From Azolla caroliniana (Eukaryota > Plantae > Polypodiophyta): 64,000 nt of DNA. Position numbers and translations under genes: made by a program. Below the pieces are notes generated by a model that saw only the letters and a program-made list of their open reading frames with translations, ran no database searches and was not told where the DNA came from. Every line of letters begins with the position of its first letter. The first letter of the stretch is position 1. Of this stretch, positions 44,144 to 58,100 are shown in pieces. Where the stretch lies: assembly GCA_043228905.1 (NCBI GenBank), contig JBHGNT010000012.1, forward strand, positions 4,588,001 through 4,652,000, read 5' to 3'.

Positions 44144-47100
44144 ACGTCCAATACAGTGACCGACGAGACGATTATGACCGGGACCAGAGCGAGAGAAGTC
44201 GCGACTATAACGGCGCTTGTTATGATCGAGATTACTCCCTGGCTATAATTGGAGAAGAAAGGATCAACGGGGAGACTATGAAGACCGGCATCGGCAAGGA
44301 TACCGGAACAACTGACGCTATAATAAAAAACGGAACGCTCGGAAAGAGGATGGTCGGGAACCGGCAAAGAATTACCAACGAGAGTCGGATAGAAGCATAA
44401 TTAGTGCTCAAACGGAACAAAGAAGAACAGAGGAGCCTAACCGAGCAGTATCTGGATTTCAACTGGGTAACATGCAAAAAGAAGAGTCTAGCAATACACG
44501 GAAGGCGTATTGCAACTATTGCTGCTAGGAGGGACACTACAACAACCAATGTCCGGTAAAGAGTATTGAAAAATGACCGGAAGTCAACATGGTGGTCTTG
44601 GAAGTGGCGGACATCTAGCAAGTCACCACTAGATCGAAGGGAAAGATGGGTGAATGGGAGGCTCAGGAAGCTATCCGCAAACAAGCTATTGAATGGATTG
44701 AAAAGGCAAACGAACGGAATGTCACCGAATGAAGGAGCAAAGGAACGCATTGGAGGAACCTACAGAGACAACGCAACAGGAGAACCCCACGTCGTAGGCA
44801 TTACAGGAATGCCAGATCATGCTACCATTGGGTCGGTTACTGCAATTGGTGCCCCGATTCACCGATGGCTTAAAATTGGCATTGGCCCCACCAAGCCCCA
44901 CACCAACTCCGACGTTCTTTTCAAATCTAGAGGAAGGGTCGGTAGGGGTGGATACCAGCAGTCCTGCAATCACCACCATTATCAAAGGACAGGAAGTACC
45001 GGGGACGATCGTCAATGGCGGATCGGGAGTAAACGTAATAAGCCTCCGAACATGCAACACTCTTGGAATCCAAGAATGGGAACCATGCCCGTTCTGGCTC
45101 CAGATGGCGGACACTAGCTTAGTACAACCGGCCGGATTGATCCGGGATTTGGAGGTGACAATTGGAGGCCATGCCTTCCGGATTTCTGCCATCGTCCTCC
45201 AGTTGAACACACAAGGAGCATATCCACTATTGCTGGGACGACCATGGTTATGGACCGCCCACATCAAACAAAACTGGAAGAAGAACAACATTACGTTCCG
45301 AAGGGGGAAAACTAAGGTAAGAGTACCCATGCACCCTCAAGTGGGCCCAGGCAAGGAAGTAACACTGTTATCAAAAGCGTGAACATGCTGGAAGGGCTTG
45401 CCGATGAGGAGGTAGATCGCTACCTTGATGAAAACCCAAGGATAGTTCCTCTATTCAAAGTGGACGTTATAGAGGCTGTCTCCCCATATATTGTGCAACA
45501 GGAGGATGCCAGTGAGGAGCCGGATAGGGACACGATCCGAGAACTCCGACAAGCACAAGAGGGCCTAGAGTGGGAGATGGCGGTATCACAACGGGTGAAA
45601 GCATCACAATTGGAAGAAGTGAATTTGGGAACCGACGAAGAAACAAGATCGATGCATGTGGCGAAAGAAATGCCACCGAAGGAGAAATCGGCAATGGTCA
45701 CATTATTGAAAGAATTCCGGGACGTATTTGCGTGGTCATATGAAGACATGGAGGGACTGGACCCGCATTATATCAGCACCAAATTCATTAAAGCAAGGAT
45801 GCGAAACCGGTAGCGCAGAGACGTTATCAGATGAATCCGAATTACGCGGCTAAAGTAAAAGAAGAGATCGACAAGTTGCTGCGGGTTGGGTTCATCCAGC
45901 CGGTGAAGAAAGCCACCTGGCTAAGCCTGATTATGGTGGTACCAAAGAAGAACGGAAAGATCCGGGTCTATGTGGATTACCGAAAATTAAATGTTGCCAC
46001 TGTCACCGATGCATTTCCGCTCCCATTCACGGATGGAGTCTTGGATGCGGTAGCAGGCCACGAGGTGTATAGCTTCCTCAATGGATTCAGCAGGTATAAC
46101 CAAATGAGGATGCACCCTGACGATCAGGAGAAAACAACATTCGTCACCGAATGGGGAGTCTTTGTAGCGGTCGTGATGATGTTCGGACTGAAGACGGCAC
46201 CAGCAATGTTCCAACGAATCATCATGGAAATTTTTGGGGAATTTATTCCAACGTTAATGCAGGTGTTCTTGGATGACTTTGCGGTGTACAACAGGAAAGG
46301 AGAACATCTTGACCATCTCCAGTTATGCTTGGAGAAATGCAAAGTTTACCGGCTACTTGCTGGAACGGAAATTCTCATTCCACGTGGATCATTCGGCATT
46401 ACTGTACTTGGTCTCTAAGGCATCGCTAACCGGCAAACTAGCACGATGGGAACTACTTCTATAGGAGTTCGAATTCGAGATTTACCACAGACCAGGAGTA
46501 CAACATGCAATGGCGGATTACTTGAGCCGGTTAGAATCCTGAGAGGCAGGCGTCGGCGTCAAAACCGACCTTCCAGATGCGCAGCTATTTAGAATAACAA
46601 AGGAGAATATAGTGGACGGGACGGTTGCCGAGGAGGAGAAATGGCCGACGAACATGCATAAGTTTTTAAGTACCGGATTGACCCCGGAAGAACTGAACTG
46701 GGACGAAGAGCGGTTCGGAGCGACGAAAAGGAGACAATTTTACGGGAAGCTCACTGTGGAGTCGTTAGAGGACATTATGCTAGACACGCAACGGCAAGGA
46801 AGATATGGCAAAGTGGATTGTGGTGGCCTATTGTAGAGAATATGCGGAATAATGCTCAGTCACAACCGAGTCTTCGATTACTTCGTTGAGAATTACAAAC
46901 ACAGAAATGGGAATGTGGAGATAGATGCACGTATACACAGAAAACACTGAAAGAGAGTACACAGTATGTTTACGTGGAAAACCCTAAGCGGGAAAAAACC
47001 ACAGTAGCCCACAAGCTTCAAACTATCACTATGTCTAAGAGGAATACAACAGGGGAACACAGAGGCAACGACCTCGTGCTCACAATCTTCACTTGACGGT

Positions 47101-50100
47101 GGTTACAGCAGAGACTCTCTCTCTCTCTCTCTCTCTCTCCCTCTCTCTCTCCCTCTCTCTCTCCCTCTGCTATGCTCTGTACAGTGGTTACACCAAAAAT
47201 AACCAACTCTCTCTATCATACTATTTGCCCTAGGTCATATTTATACTAATATGACTTTCAGGTTATTTACAAACATAGCCACAATGGGCGAACAGAAACA
47301 TATTTACATATATGTCCCTTCATCTAGTGAGAGGTTCTCACCGGGCCTACGTCATCCGGTTCTCACTGGGCCTTCATCATCCCATCCAGAGGGACCGAAA
47401 TCCTAACAAACTCCCCCTTCACTTCGGCATGGGATGCCTCGTCAATCCAATTCGCTTTCGGCATGCGTCCAGCTTGTCGGGTGTCAGCACCTTGGTCAGC
47501 ATATCCGACTCTTCCACTCGCTCCCGGATCCAGTGGTACCTCCGTTGGATGTGCTTCATCCTGGAATGATACGCCGCGTTCTTCGCAAGGTGGATGTCAC
47601 TTTGACTATCGCAATAGAGCCGGTATTCCTCTTGTTAGATCCCTAGCTCTCTGATGAAGTCCTTCATCCATAATATTTCCTTGCCTGCTTCCACGGCTGC
47701 CATGTACTTTGCCTCTGTGGTTGACAACGCAACCGTCTTCTGCAGCCTCGACTGCCACGAAACAGCTCCCCCTGCATATGTCATAACATATCCCGATGTT
47801 GACCGGCTAGTATCCGCATCAGCCGACATATCTGAATCGGTGAAACCGTCAAGTTGGGGTTTACCAGAGCCAAATCGGAGACACATACTTGAGGTGCCCT
47901 TCAAGTATCGAAGTATCCATTTTACCGCATTCCAGTGCTCCTTGCCGGGATTGCTCATAAACCGGCTCACCACTCCGACTGCATATCCGATATCCGGTCA
48001 GGTACACACCATTGCGTACATTAAGCTCCCAACGGCAGATGCATATGGTATCTTCATCATATCTGCCTTCTCTACCTTTGTCTTCGGGCTTTGCTTACCG
48101 GATAACCTGCAGTTTGCCGGAAGTGTCGATCCAACCGGTTTCGCATTTGACATGTCAAACCGCTGAAGCACCTTTGTCACGTACTTCTCCTGTGACAGCC
48201 ACAATTGCTTCGTTGGCCGGTCCCGGATGATATGCATCCCCAGCATCTGTCTTGCCGGACCCAAGTCTTTCATTGAGAAAGTCTGGTTCAGGGCCTTCTT
48301 CAGCATCTGTATCTTGACTTGGTCTCATCCGACAATCAACATGTCGTCCACGTACAAAAGGAATATCAAGAAGTCTCCACCTTCAAACTTCTTCACAAAT
48401 ACGCAGTGATCGGCCTGCGTCTTGTGGTACCCTTGATCGGTCATGAAGGAGTCGAACTTCCGGTACCATTGCTGGGGAGCCTGCTTCAAACCATAGAGGC
48501 TCTTCTTCAACCGGCAAACCAGGTGCTCCTTCCCTTTCTTCACAAATCCCTTCGGTTGTTGCATGTAGATCTCCTCTTTGAGGTCGCCGTGGAGGAATGT
48601 CGTCTCCACGTCTAGTTGCTCTACCTCGAGGTCCATGCTTGCCGCTATGCTCAGCACCGTCCGAATGGAAGTCATCTTTACTACCGGGGCAAATATCTCG
48701 TGAAGTCCACGCCCTTCTTCTACTGGAACCCCTACACCACGATCCTGGCTTTGTACCTTGGGGGGTTTCCAGCATCTCCCAGTTTCAACTTGTACACCCA
48801 CTTATTCCGGAGTGCCCGCTTTCCTTTCGGCAACTCCACCAGTTCATACGTGTGGTTCTCATGCAGGGAATCCATCTCGTCCTACATGGCACTCAACCAC
48901 TTGTAGCTATGGATGTCATCCTTCGCTTCTTCGAACCTTTCCGGCTCCCCCTCATCGGTTAGCAACACGCGCTCTGCATCCGGAAATCTCTGGGGGGCTC
49001 TTCTCTCTCTGAGAGGATATCTCCGTATTTGGTTTTCGGCAACAGGCTCCTCTCTTTGTTTTTCATCCGAATCCGATTTGGGGTCTTGGCCGGTTCCGAT
49101 TTCAGCTTCCTCTTCTTCTTCTTATGCCGGTTCGGTATCCTCACCGTAACCGGCCGGTTCTTCGAGTGTCAACCGGATCTTAGCCGGGTAGGTCCGAATC
49201 TCATCAAACCGATCCTTACTGGTCGACTCAGAGTTCATTATCTTCTTCTCCGACTCCCAGTCAGCAAGGGTCTTGTCCTCCATGAAGATAATATCTCAAC
49301 TCCAGAAAACCTTCTTGTCGACCGGATCCCACACTCGGTAGCTGAACTCATCATCACCGTATCCGAGGAATATGCAAGGCCGGGATTTTGGATCCAACTT
49401 AACTCTCTAGTCCTTTGCAACATGCACGTAAGCGAGACACCCAAATACCTTCAGGTGCCGGTAAGACACTTCTTTACCGGTCCATACTCTCTGTGGCATG
49501 TCTCCATCCAAGGGCACTAAGGGTGATTTGTTTATCACATACATCGTTGTCAACAGCACCTGAACCCAAAATTTCTTGGGTAGCTTAGCATGTGCTAGCA
49601 TGCTCTGGACCCTCTCCATTATGGTTTGGTTCATCCTCTCGGCCAGCCCGTTTAGTTCTGACATCTTCGGCATGGTAAATTCGAGTCGGATTCCCTTCGA
49701 GCGGCAATACTCCTCGAACTGCCCCCGGTATTCTCCTCCGTTGTCCGCTCGAACCACCTTCAACTTCCAGCCGGTTTCTCTTTCCACTCTCATGTGGAGC
49801 TCCTTGAAGATGGATAACACCTGATCCTTCGTCTTCAATGGTGTGGCCCACATCTTCCGGCTGTGGTCGTCTATGAACATCACGAAGTATTGCAATCCGG
49901 CATGTGACTTCGTGTCCACTTGACACACATCGGTATGCACCAGCTCCATTGGTGCATTACGTCGCATCGGTGGCATTGAGCGGAAGGAGGTCCGGTTTTG
50001 CTTACCGGCCAAGTAGTCGGTGCACTTCTCAAGATGCACGTCTTTCACCGGAATGAGGTTGTCATCGGCAAGCCTCTTCATCTCCTTCTTGCTCATGTGA

Positions 50101-51734
50101 CACAGTCTCTTGTGCCATAGCTCACCGGCAGTGTCGGATGCAACGTTCACTTCTTCCAGGCATAACCGGGCATTCATCAGGTACAGTGTGTTGACTTTTC
50201 AGGCCCTAGCCACTATTAGGCTCCCTTTACTGAACTTCATTACTCCGTTCTGGATGCTACCCGTGTAGCCTTCATCAACTAGCCGACCGACTGTTATTAG
50301 GTTCAGTCGAACCTCCAGAACGTGTCGAACATCCTTAAGCAGCAACTTGCATCCAGTTGGTGTTGTCAACCACACGTCTCCAATGCCAACCATTCGGCAT
50401 GTACCTTCATTCCCCATCCGGACACAGCCATGATCACCGGTTGTGTAGGATGAGAAACATTTCCGGTCCGGGGTCAGGTGGAACGACGCTCCAGAATTGA
50501 CAACCCACGTTGTCTCGTCACCGACAAGGTTCAACTCACTCTCCTCGGTGATGAACATCAACTCCGCTTTACTTGCCGCGATTGCCGTCATTCCCTTTCG
50601 GTCCAGTCCTCTCCGGTCTTTGTCGTTCCGGTCCGGTGACAGCTTCGAATCGGTATTGTCGGTTTCCTTGTCTTTCCGGAAATGCCGACAATTCTTCTGG
50701 AAGTGTTCCGGCTTGCCGCAATAGAAGCAAGTAGGCCTCCCCCTTGACTTTGACCATGTCTCCGACTTTTCCCAATTCTGGGGACTACGGTTCATTTGTC
50801 TTCCGTGTTCCGATTCGGTAAGGAGCGCTTTGGAGTCGGAGATCACCTCTTTGTCTGTCCGACGCGCCTCCTCATCTAGCAAGCTCGACTTGACTCTAGC
50901 TAGGGATAGATGTTTACCTTCCAGCCCGGCGTTGCCGAAAGTGACAACTAACGTCTCCCAGCTATTTGGGAGGGAACCGAGCAGGAGTAATGCTAGTACC
51001 TCATCAGCGAGAGGTACTTCCAATGATGTTGCCTAGTGAATCAGCCCCTGGAAGGCATTCATGTGCTCCTCCATACTGGAGCCATCTTGGTACCGGAGCC
51101 TCACTAGCTTCCGAAATACCGAAACCCGATTTATAGCATTTTTGTTCTGAAACATAATGTTGATCTTCTCCCAGAGCTCATGAGCCTTGCTCTCTTCATT
51201 GAAGTTGTTCTACAGGCTCATGTCGATGAAGCACCGTATGTACGGCGTTGTCTTCATGTGCATCACCTCCCATATCCTGGCATCGATCTTGTCCAGTCTC
51301 TTGTCCCCGAACTGAACCGGCAGCCAAAGATCTTTAACCACGAGCATGTCCCTCATCTTCGACTTCCACACTGAGTAGTTGGAGTCGGTGAGCTTGAACA
51401 TGCCTCCCAACGAATCTTCCATTTTTCTATGTCGTTTCGCTCTTATACCAGTTTGTAGAGAATATGCAGAATAATGCTCGGCCACAACCGAGCCTTCGAT
51501 TACTTCATTGAGAATTACAAACACAAAAATGGGAATGTGGAGATAGATGCACGTATACACAGAAAATACTGAAAGAGAGTACACAGTATGTTTACGTGGA
51601 AAACCCTAAACGGGAAAAAATGACGGGAGTGCACAAGCTCCAAACTATCACTATTTCTAACAGGAATACAACAGGGGAACACAGAGGCAACGACCTCGTG
51701 CTCACAATCTTCACCTGGCTGCGGTTACAACAGA

Positions 51735-51785
<51 letters not shown>

Positions 51786-53480
51786 TCTGCTATGCTCTGT
51801 ACAGTGGTTACACCAAAAATAACCAACTCTCTCTATCATACTATTTGCCCTAGGTCATATTTATACTATTATGACTTTCGGGCTATTTACAAACATAGCC
51901 ACAATGGGCGAACAGAAACATATTTACATATATGTCCCTTCATCTAGTGAGAGGTTCTCACCGGGCCTGCGTCATCCGGTTCCCACTGGGTCTTCCTTAC
52001 CGGGTATTCATCATCCGGTTCTCACTGGGTCTGCGTCATCCGGTTCTCACCGGGCCTTCATCATCCGGTTCTCACCAGGCCTTCATCATCCCATCCGGAG
52101 GGACCGAAATCCTAACACCTAAAACACTTAAGGACTCGATTCGGTATGCAAAGGAATGCGACTTATGTCAATGGATGGGCCAACCAACAGAACAAGCAAG
52201 GATGCCACACCAACCGGTGTTACCACTGGAGCTGTTTCAAAAATGGGGATTGGACTTCGTCGGACCTTTCAAACCTCCGGCAATGTGGAGCGGGAACTGG
52301 TATATCATTGTAGCAACAGACTACTATACCAAATGGGTGGAAGCAAAGGCACTCCGGGATAATAGCGCGGCCTCAACGGCCAAGTTCCTATACGAGTACA
52401 TTTGGTGCCAATATGGATGCCCGATAGAACTGATCAGTGATCGAGGACATTTCCTCGGTCAAGTAGTAGAGAGCTTAACGACATTTTATGCGGTCATACA
52501 CAAGCGGAGTACACCTTATTATCCGAAAGCCAACGGATTGGCCAAATCCACCAACAAGACCTTGCAGAACATCCTCCGGAAAATAGTCAATGAAAACCAC
52601 ACCGACTAGGACATGAAGCTGCAGAGTGCATTGTGGGCTTACCAAACTGCGTACAAAACAAGTATCCGGACAACACCATTCCAGTTAGCTTTCAGATTAG
52701 AAGTGGTCATGCCGATAGAGTTTCAAATTCCGAGTTTGCGGATTCAAGTACAGGAAAGGTTAAGTGAGAAGGAATCGGAAAAAATCCGACTAGCGACATT
52801 GTGTGAATTAGAAGAACACCGAATAGCTAGCATTATGCAGTTGGAACTCGAGCAACGACGACAGAAAGTGTTCATCGACTAGCACCAGAAAGGGAACGAG
52901 AAAATGTTCAGAATCGGCAAGCCGGTATTAGTAATTCAGACCCGGATGAGCAAAATGCCGAGGAAGCTACAGTTCCAGTGGAGCGGACCGTACTGGATAA
53001 CACGAGAGTTTAAAGGCTCGTATAAGCTAGGAACGTTGACCGGCGAAGTCGTGGAAAAGTGGGTAAACGATTTCCGACTAAAACCATATTACGGACAAAT
53101 GCCGCAGAACCCATTCAAACAACCGGATGCCAAAGCAGAAATCGAGAACGGCAAGCGGATAACCGGCAACCAAGAGGAACATACAACGGATCCGGTGTTG
53201 CCGGATACAAGGGTTTGGAATACCACGCATGTGAAAAAAAAAAACCATCATGCAAGGGCAAGGAGTACAAACGTGGAGTAAAGCCATCATGCAGGCAGAA
53301 AAAAAAAGAGAAAAATGAAGGCCATTAAAAAATGAACAGACACCTCGAAACAATGTGACGTCAACCATTTAAAGCACACCACGCGTCACACAACCACTAC
53401 TAAAGCACACGACGTGCATGCGAGGGAATCGAGAAAAGGCGGCAAAGATGGGAACACAGCCTCTGCATAACAGAGTCTCT
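44144..53480 (+). mobile_element. Degenerate Ty3/gypsy of a different lineage (PR, RT, partial RH, IN), interrupted by a copia element
   Basis: IVNGGSGVNVIS, LLLGRPWL, VDYRKLN, MMFGLKTAPA, VFLDDF, KWGLDFVGP, ISDRG, WSGPY. The integrase WWP|KTLKD is split by 46832-52117. Ends uncertain. Confidence 0.88.
46832..52117 (-). mobile_element. Full-length degenerate Tnt1/Tork-like copia element (family B)
   Basis: LTRs 46832-47408 and 51454-52117; TSD CCTAT/CCTAA; degenerate iMet PBS at 51439-51450; PPT at 47409-47420. Gag, CFYCGKPEHFQKNC, IN (VHTDVC), RT (LYVDDML) and RH (FTDSDM), with stops and frameshifts. Confidence 0.95.
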
Positions 53481-53486
53481 TTGTTA

Positions 53487-55172
53487 TGTTATCGAGTAGA
53501 AATTAGGGGAAGATTGGTTGAAATCAACTAGAGAAATTAGTGGTCAAGTAACTAGAGGAATTAGTGGTCAAGTAGCTAGAGAAATTGGTGGTGAAGTAGT
53601 TGAGTCCATGGGTATTTAAGTAGGTTGTGTGCATAGAGAAGGGCAGGCTGGTTTTTGGGAAATTAGGGGGATACCCCCAATGTAATACCTTCTCTTTAAT
53701 ATAGAAAATACTCTTTCTTCTTATTGAACTGAATATGTACTCGACCGACAACATACCTACTCGACCGGCCACACCCTCAGGCAGGAAATTTCTGAAAATA
53801 TGTTGAATAATAGAAGGAGAATGGATAGGGAACCACGCCCTCTTCGACAAAGGGGAAATATGGAAATTGTGGATGAATTTGAATCAAGAGAAATATTAGA
53901 GCATGGTATTGACCAAATGGAACAACCAAGAGGGCAAACCTCACATGATTTGGAAGAAGCGGCGGGGATCGAATTCGGATCTCTCCATGAAGCGTTGGAA
54001 ATAGAAGGGCAAGAGTCATGAGAAGAGACAACTAGAAGACTCGTGGAGACGGATGTTGGCCACAACCAAGCCCCACCGAAGGATCGATTAGAAATTTTAG
54101 TAGATCTCCTTCTCAGAAATACAAATAGGGGCATAGAAGGGGGAAGCGGAAGGTTCACACCAATCAAACCTCGGACGCATTCAGGCGAACGAAAATCACT
54201 AGTCTTGAATAGGTGGGTTCATGAGGTAGAACACTTTCTTCGGCAAAGTGGTATATCTCAAGACCAATGGACCATATCTGCAACAAACTTTTTAGAAGGG
54301 ACGACCTTAAATTGGTATCTGGCTGGAGAGAACACATATCAGTTCATGGGATGGCAAGCCTTCACAACTTGAATGCAGCACATATTTTATCCCACCAAAT
54401 GAAACAACTCGTTTGATGGATGAATGGAGGAAATTAAGGCAAGGAGAGGGGAGTTTGTCGACATATGTCGACCAGTATAGACAACTCATGCTTCAACTCC
54501 CGCATTTTCATGAAGTGACTAAAATTCATGGTTTTTTGTTTGGTTTAAGATCCAAAATTAGGATGGAGATTGAAAAGCAACAACCGATGAATTTGGAGAT
54601 GGCGGTTCAACTAGCTGAACGAATTGGTGATTTTGAGGAGCTTCAACAACCATTTCGAGCCATGAAATCGTCCATCAACTTCCCTATGAGACGCGATTTT
54701 AGTACTCAAGGGCAAAGATTCTTCAACAGATCACCTGCTATGTCCCAAGATAATTGGGGGGGTAGTAATGGAGCACGGAAAATCATGGCATCCACATCAA
54801 ATGGGGAAAGGCTCCCAAATCTTCGAAGGGGTTGTTTTGAATGTGGCGGTCCACACTTAGCATCTAAATGTCCCCGAAGGAAATCACCAAAAGTCATTGT
54901 GGCCCAAGCCAATGTTAGGGATCTTGATGAGGGATTGGACAACAACAACTATGAACCTCTTGACATTCTTGATGAGGTGAAGGATGGGTTAATGGAGGTC
55001 GCGGCAAGGGCAGCAAAGGTAAAACCCCTTTGTTTTGTTGTGGGTATCTCTCACATTGATCATTTGTACTTGGCATCCAAGATCAACGGCCATGCTTGCA
55101 ATGCTATGATTGATAGTGGAGAACCACATAACTTTATCAATCCCGAGTGCGTCACTAAATTTGGATTGAAAC
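53487..55172 (+). mobile_element. 5' part of a chromovirus-like gypsy element (short LTR ~53487-53753, gag, knuckle, protease start)
   Basis: Retrotransposon gag (WVHEVEHFL...FLEGTTLNWY, KLRQGEGSLSTY), CFECGGPHLASKC, AMIDSGEPHNFI. Truncated by a copia LTR. Confidence 0.8.
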
Positions 55173-58100
55173 TGTTGAGAATCAAGCTCAACTTGGTCTA
55201 GTGTGTGAACTCACCTTGAGAATGAAGAGACACTCCAACGGTCAAGAGTCACCATTATGTCACCACTTTGTATTCTAGCATTTAGTATGAGTCATAGTGT
55301 TGGGATTACGGTCCCTCCGGATGGGATGGTCGGATGTCCGGGAATCGGGAATGAAGACCCGAATGAGGAGTACCCGGTATCGGAGCCGGATGATGAAGAA
55401 CCGGTTCCGGAGCCGGATGATGAAGACCCGGTTCCGGATCCGGATGATGAAGACCCCGGCTACGGAGCCGGATGATGAAGACCCCGGCTACGGAGCCGGA
55501 TGACGAATGTACCCGGAGAGAGATCCGGATGCGGGGACATATTTGTGAATATGTTTGCCAAGGGCCCTTGAGGCTATATTTGTAAATAGCCCGAAAGTCA
55601 TATGTGTATAAATATGACTTAGGGCAAACAGTTTTGGTGGTTGTTGCTCATTTTTCTGTTTTCCACTTAGAGGGAGCGAAGTGAGAGCAGCAGAGAGTGA
55701 GAGAGAGAGAGAAAGGAAGAGGTCGACGCCTCTGTGTAATACCGCCGCCTGTGGCGAGGACAGCGAGCTCAAGGTTGTCGCCCTGCAGCTCGCCATTGTC
55801 CATTCCCTGCGTATAGTGATAGTTGGAGTCTTGCACTCCCGTGGTTTTTCCCGTCTAGGGTTTTCCACGCTAAACCCTGTGCATTCAAGTCTCTCTCTGT
55901 GTTATCGATTTTCTGCTGCATTGATTCGTGTTTCCTCGGTTGTGGTCGAGAGGTGAAGAAATTGAAAGCGTCAATTCCTAACAATCTGGTATCAGAGCGA
56001 CTGCAGTGCAGAAAATGGAAGGCGGCAGCAGCGGGCAGCCGGGGATGATGGTGCTGAATGCGCAGAACTACGCCGACTGGAAGATAAAGATGGAGGATCT
56101 GCTCATTGTTCGGGACCTGTATGAACCGATCGACAGGTCGGAAATACCCAAGGGGGTACTTGAGACGGAATGGAGGCTTCTGAACCGGAAAGCCGTTGCA
56201 ACCATTCGGCAATACGTCGACGTGAGCGTTCTACAACATGTGGCGAACGACACCAACGCATATGAGATGTGGCAGAAGCTGTCGGGCCTCTACGAGAGGA
56301 AGAATACGTTGAACCGGACCTCCCTGATGAGGAAGATAGTGAACCTCAAGTACCGGGACGGCGAGAGTATGGTGGAACACGTAAGCACGTTCATGGGATT
56401 CGTGAACCAACTTGCGGCGATCAAGTTCCCGTTGGAGGATGCAATGCAAGCCATCATCCTGATGTGTACATTGCCGGCAAGCTGGGAGAACTTGGTGGTG
56501 ACTCTCAGCACCTCCTGCACCGAAGATAACTTGTCCTTACAAACGGTAAAGACAAGCATTTTGAACGAAGAAGCGCGTCGGAGAGATAAAGAACCGGCCT
56601 CCGATCCGAAGATGCTGCTTACCGAATCGGATCGGGGAAGACAACGGAACCGGAGTCCGCAAAGACGGGAGAAGTCGGGGACCCGGTCGCAGTCAAGAGG
56701 AAGGCCCACATGCTTCCACTGTGGGAAGCCGGGGCACTTCCGAAAGAATTGTCGGCATTACCGAAAAGACAACGGAGCCGACGACACCGATTTGAAGAAG
56801 TCTTCGGAACGGAACGGTGCTTACCGGGGAGCCACGGACCGGAATGGTTCGGATCGGCGAGAGCAGGACCAGAAAGGAACGACGGCACTCGTGGCAAGTG
56901 AAGAGGAGATCATGCTCATCACCGAAGAAGGTGAACTAAACATTGCCGGCGATGAGACTACCTGGGTGGTCGATTCCGGAGCGTCGTTCCACCTGACCCT
57001 GGAAAGAAGATACTTCTCATCCTACACAGTCGGTGAGCATGGCTGTGTTCGGATGGGAAATGAAGGTACGTGCCGGATTGTCGGCATAGGAGACGTGTGG
57101 TTGACAACCTCGACCGGATGCAAAATGTTGCTGAAGGATGTCCGACACGTTCCGGAGGTTCGATTGAACCTGATTTCGGCCGGGAGGCTAGACGATGAAG
57201 GCTACACAGGTAGCATCCGGAACGGCGTAATGAAGTTCAGCAAGGGGAGCCTGATAGTGGCTCGGGCCCGGAAAGTCAACACACTGTACCTTATGAGTGC
57301 CTGGTTGTGTCCGGAGGAGTTGAACGTGGCAGCCGACACTGCCGGTGAGCTGTGGCACAAGAGACTGTGTCACATGAGTGAGAAGGGGATGAAGAGGCTT
57401 GCAGAAGACAACCTTATTCCAGTGAAGCATGTGCAACCTTATTCGTGACATTCATTGATGACCACAGCCGGAAGCTGTGGACGGCACCGTTGAAGACAAA
57501 GGACCAAGTGTTGTGCGTCTTCAAAGAACTCCACGCGAGAGTGGAAAGGGAATCCGGCAAGAAGCTGAAAGCGATACGAGCAGATAACGGAGGGGAATAC
57601 CGGGGGCAGTTCGAGGAGTATTGTCGCTCGAAGGGAATCCGGCTCAAGTTTACTGTGCCGAAGACGCCGAATCTGAACGGGCTGGCCGAGAGGATGAACC
57701 GGACCATAATGGAGAGGGTCCGGAGTATGCTGGCGCATGCGAAATTACCCAAGGGGTTTTGGGCTGAGGCAATGTCGACGGCGACATACGTGATAAACAG
57801 ATCACCCTCAGTACCTTTGGACGGAGACACGCCGCAGAGAGTGTGGACCGGTAGGGAAGTATCCTACCGGCATCTGAAGGTGTTCGGGTGTCTCGCATAT
57901 GTGCATGTGGCAAAGGACCGGAGAGGAAAGCTAGATCCAAAGACCCGGCCATGCATATTCCTCGGTTACGGCGATGACGAGTTCGGCTACCGAGTATGGG
58001 ACCCGGTCGACAAAAAGATATTCCGGAGTCGTGATATCATCTTCATGGAGGACAAGACACTCGCCGACTGGGAGTCGGAGAAGAAGATGAAGAGCTCCAA

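Noticed and set aside
55257-55503. Acidic repeat peptides (EPDDEEPVP...) and LTR ORFs duplicated at 59901-60643
   Set aside because: Translation of the 27-bp LTR minisatellite; duplication simply reflects the paired LTRs.
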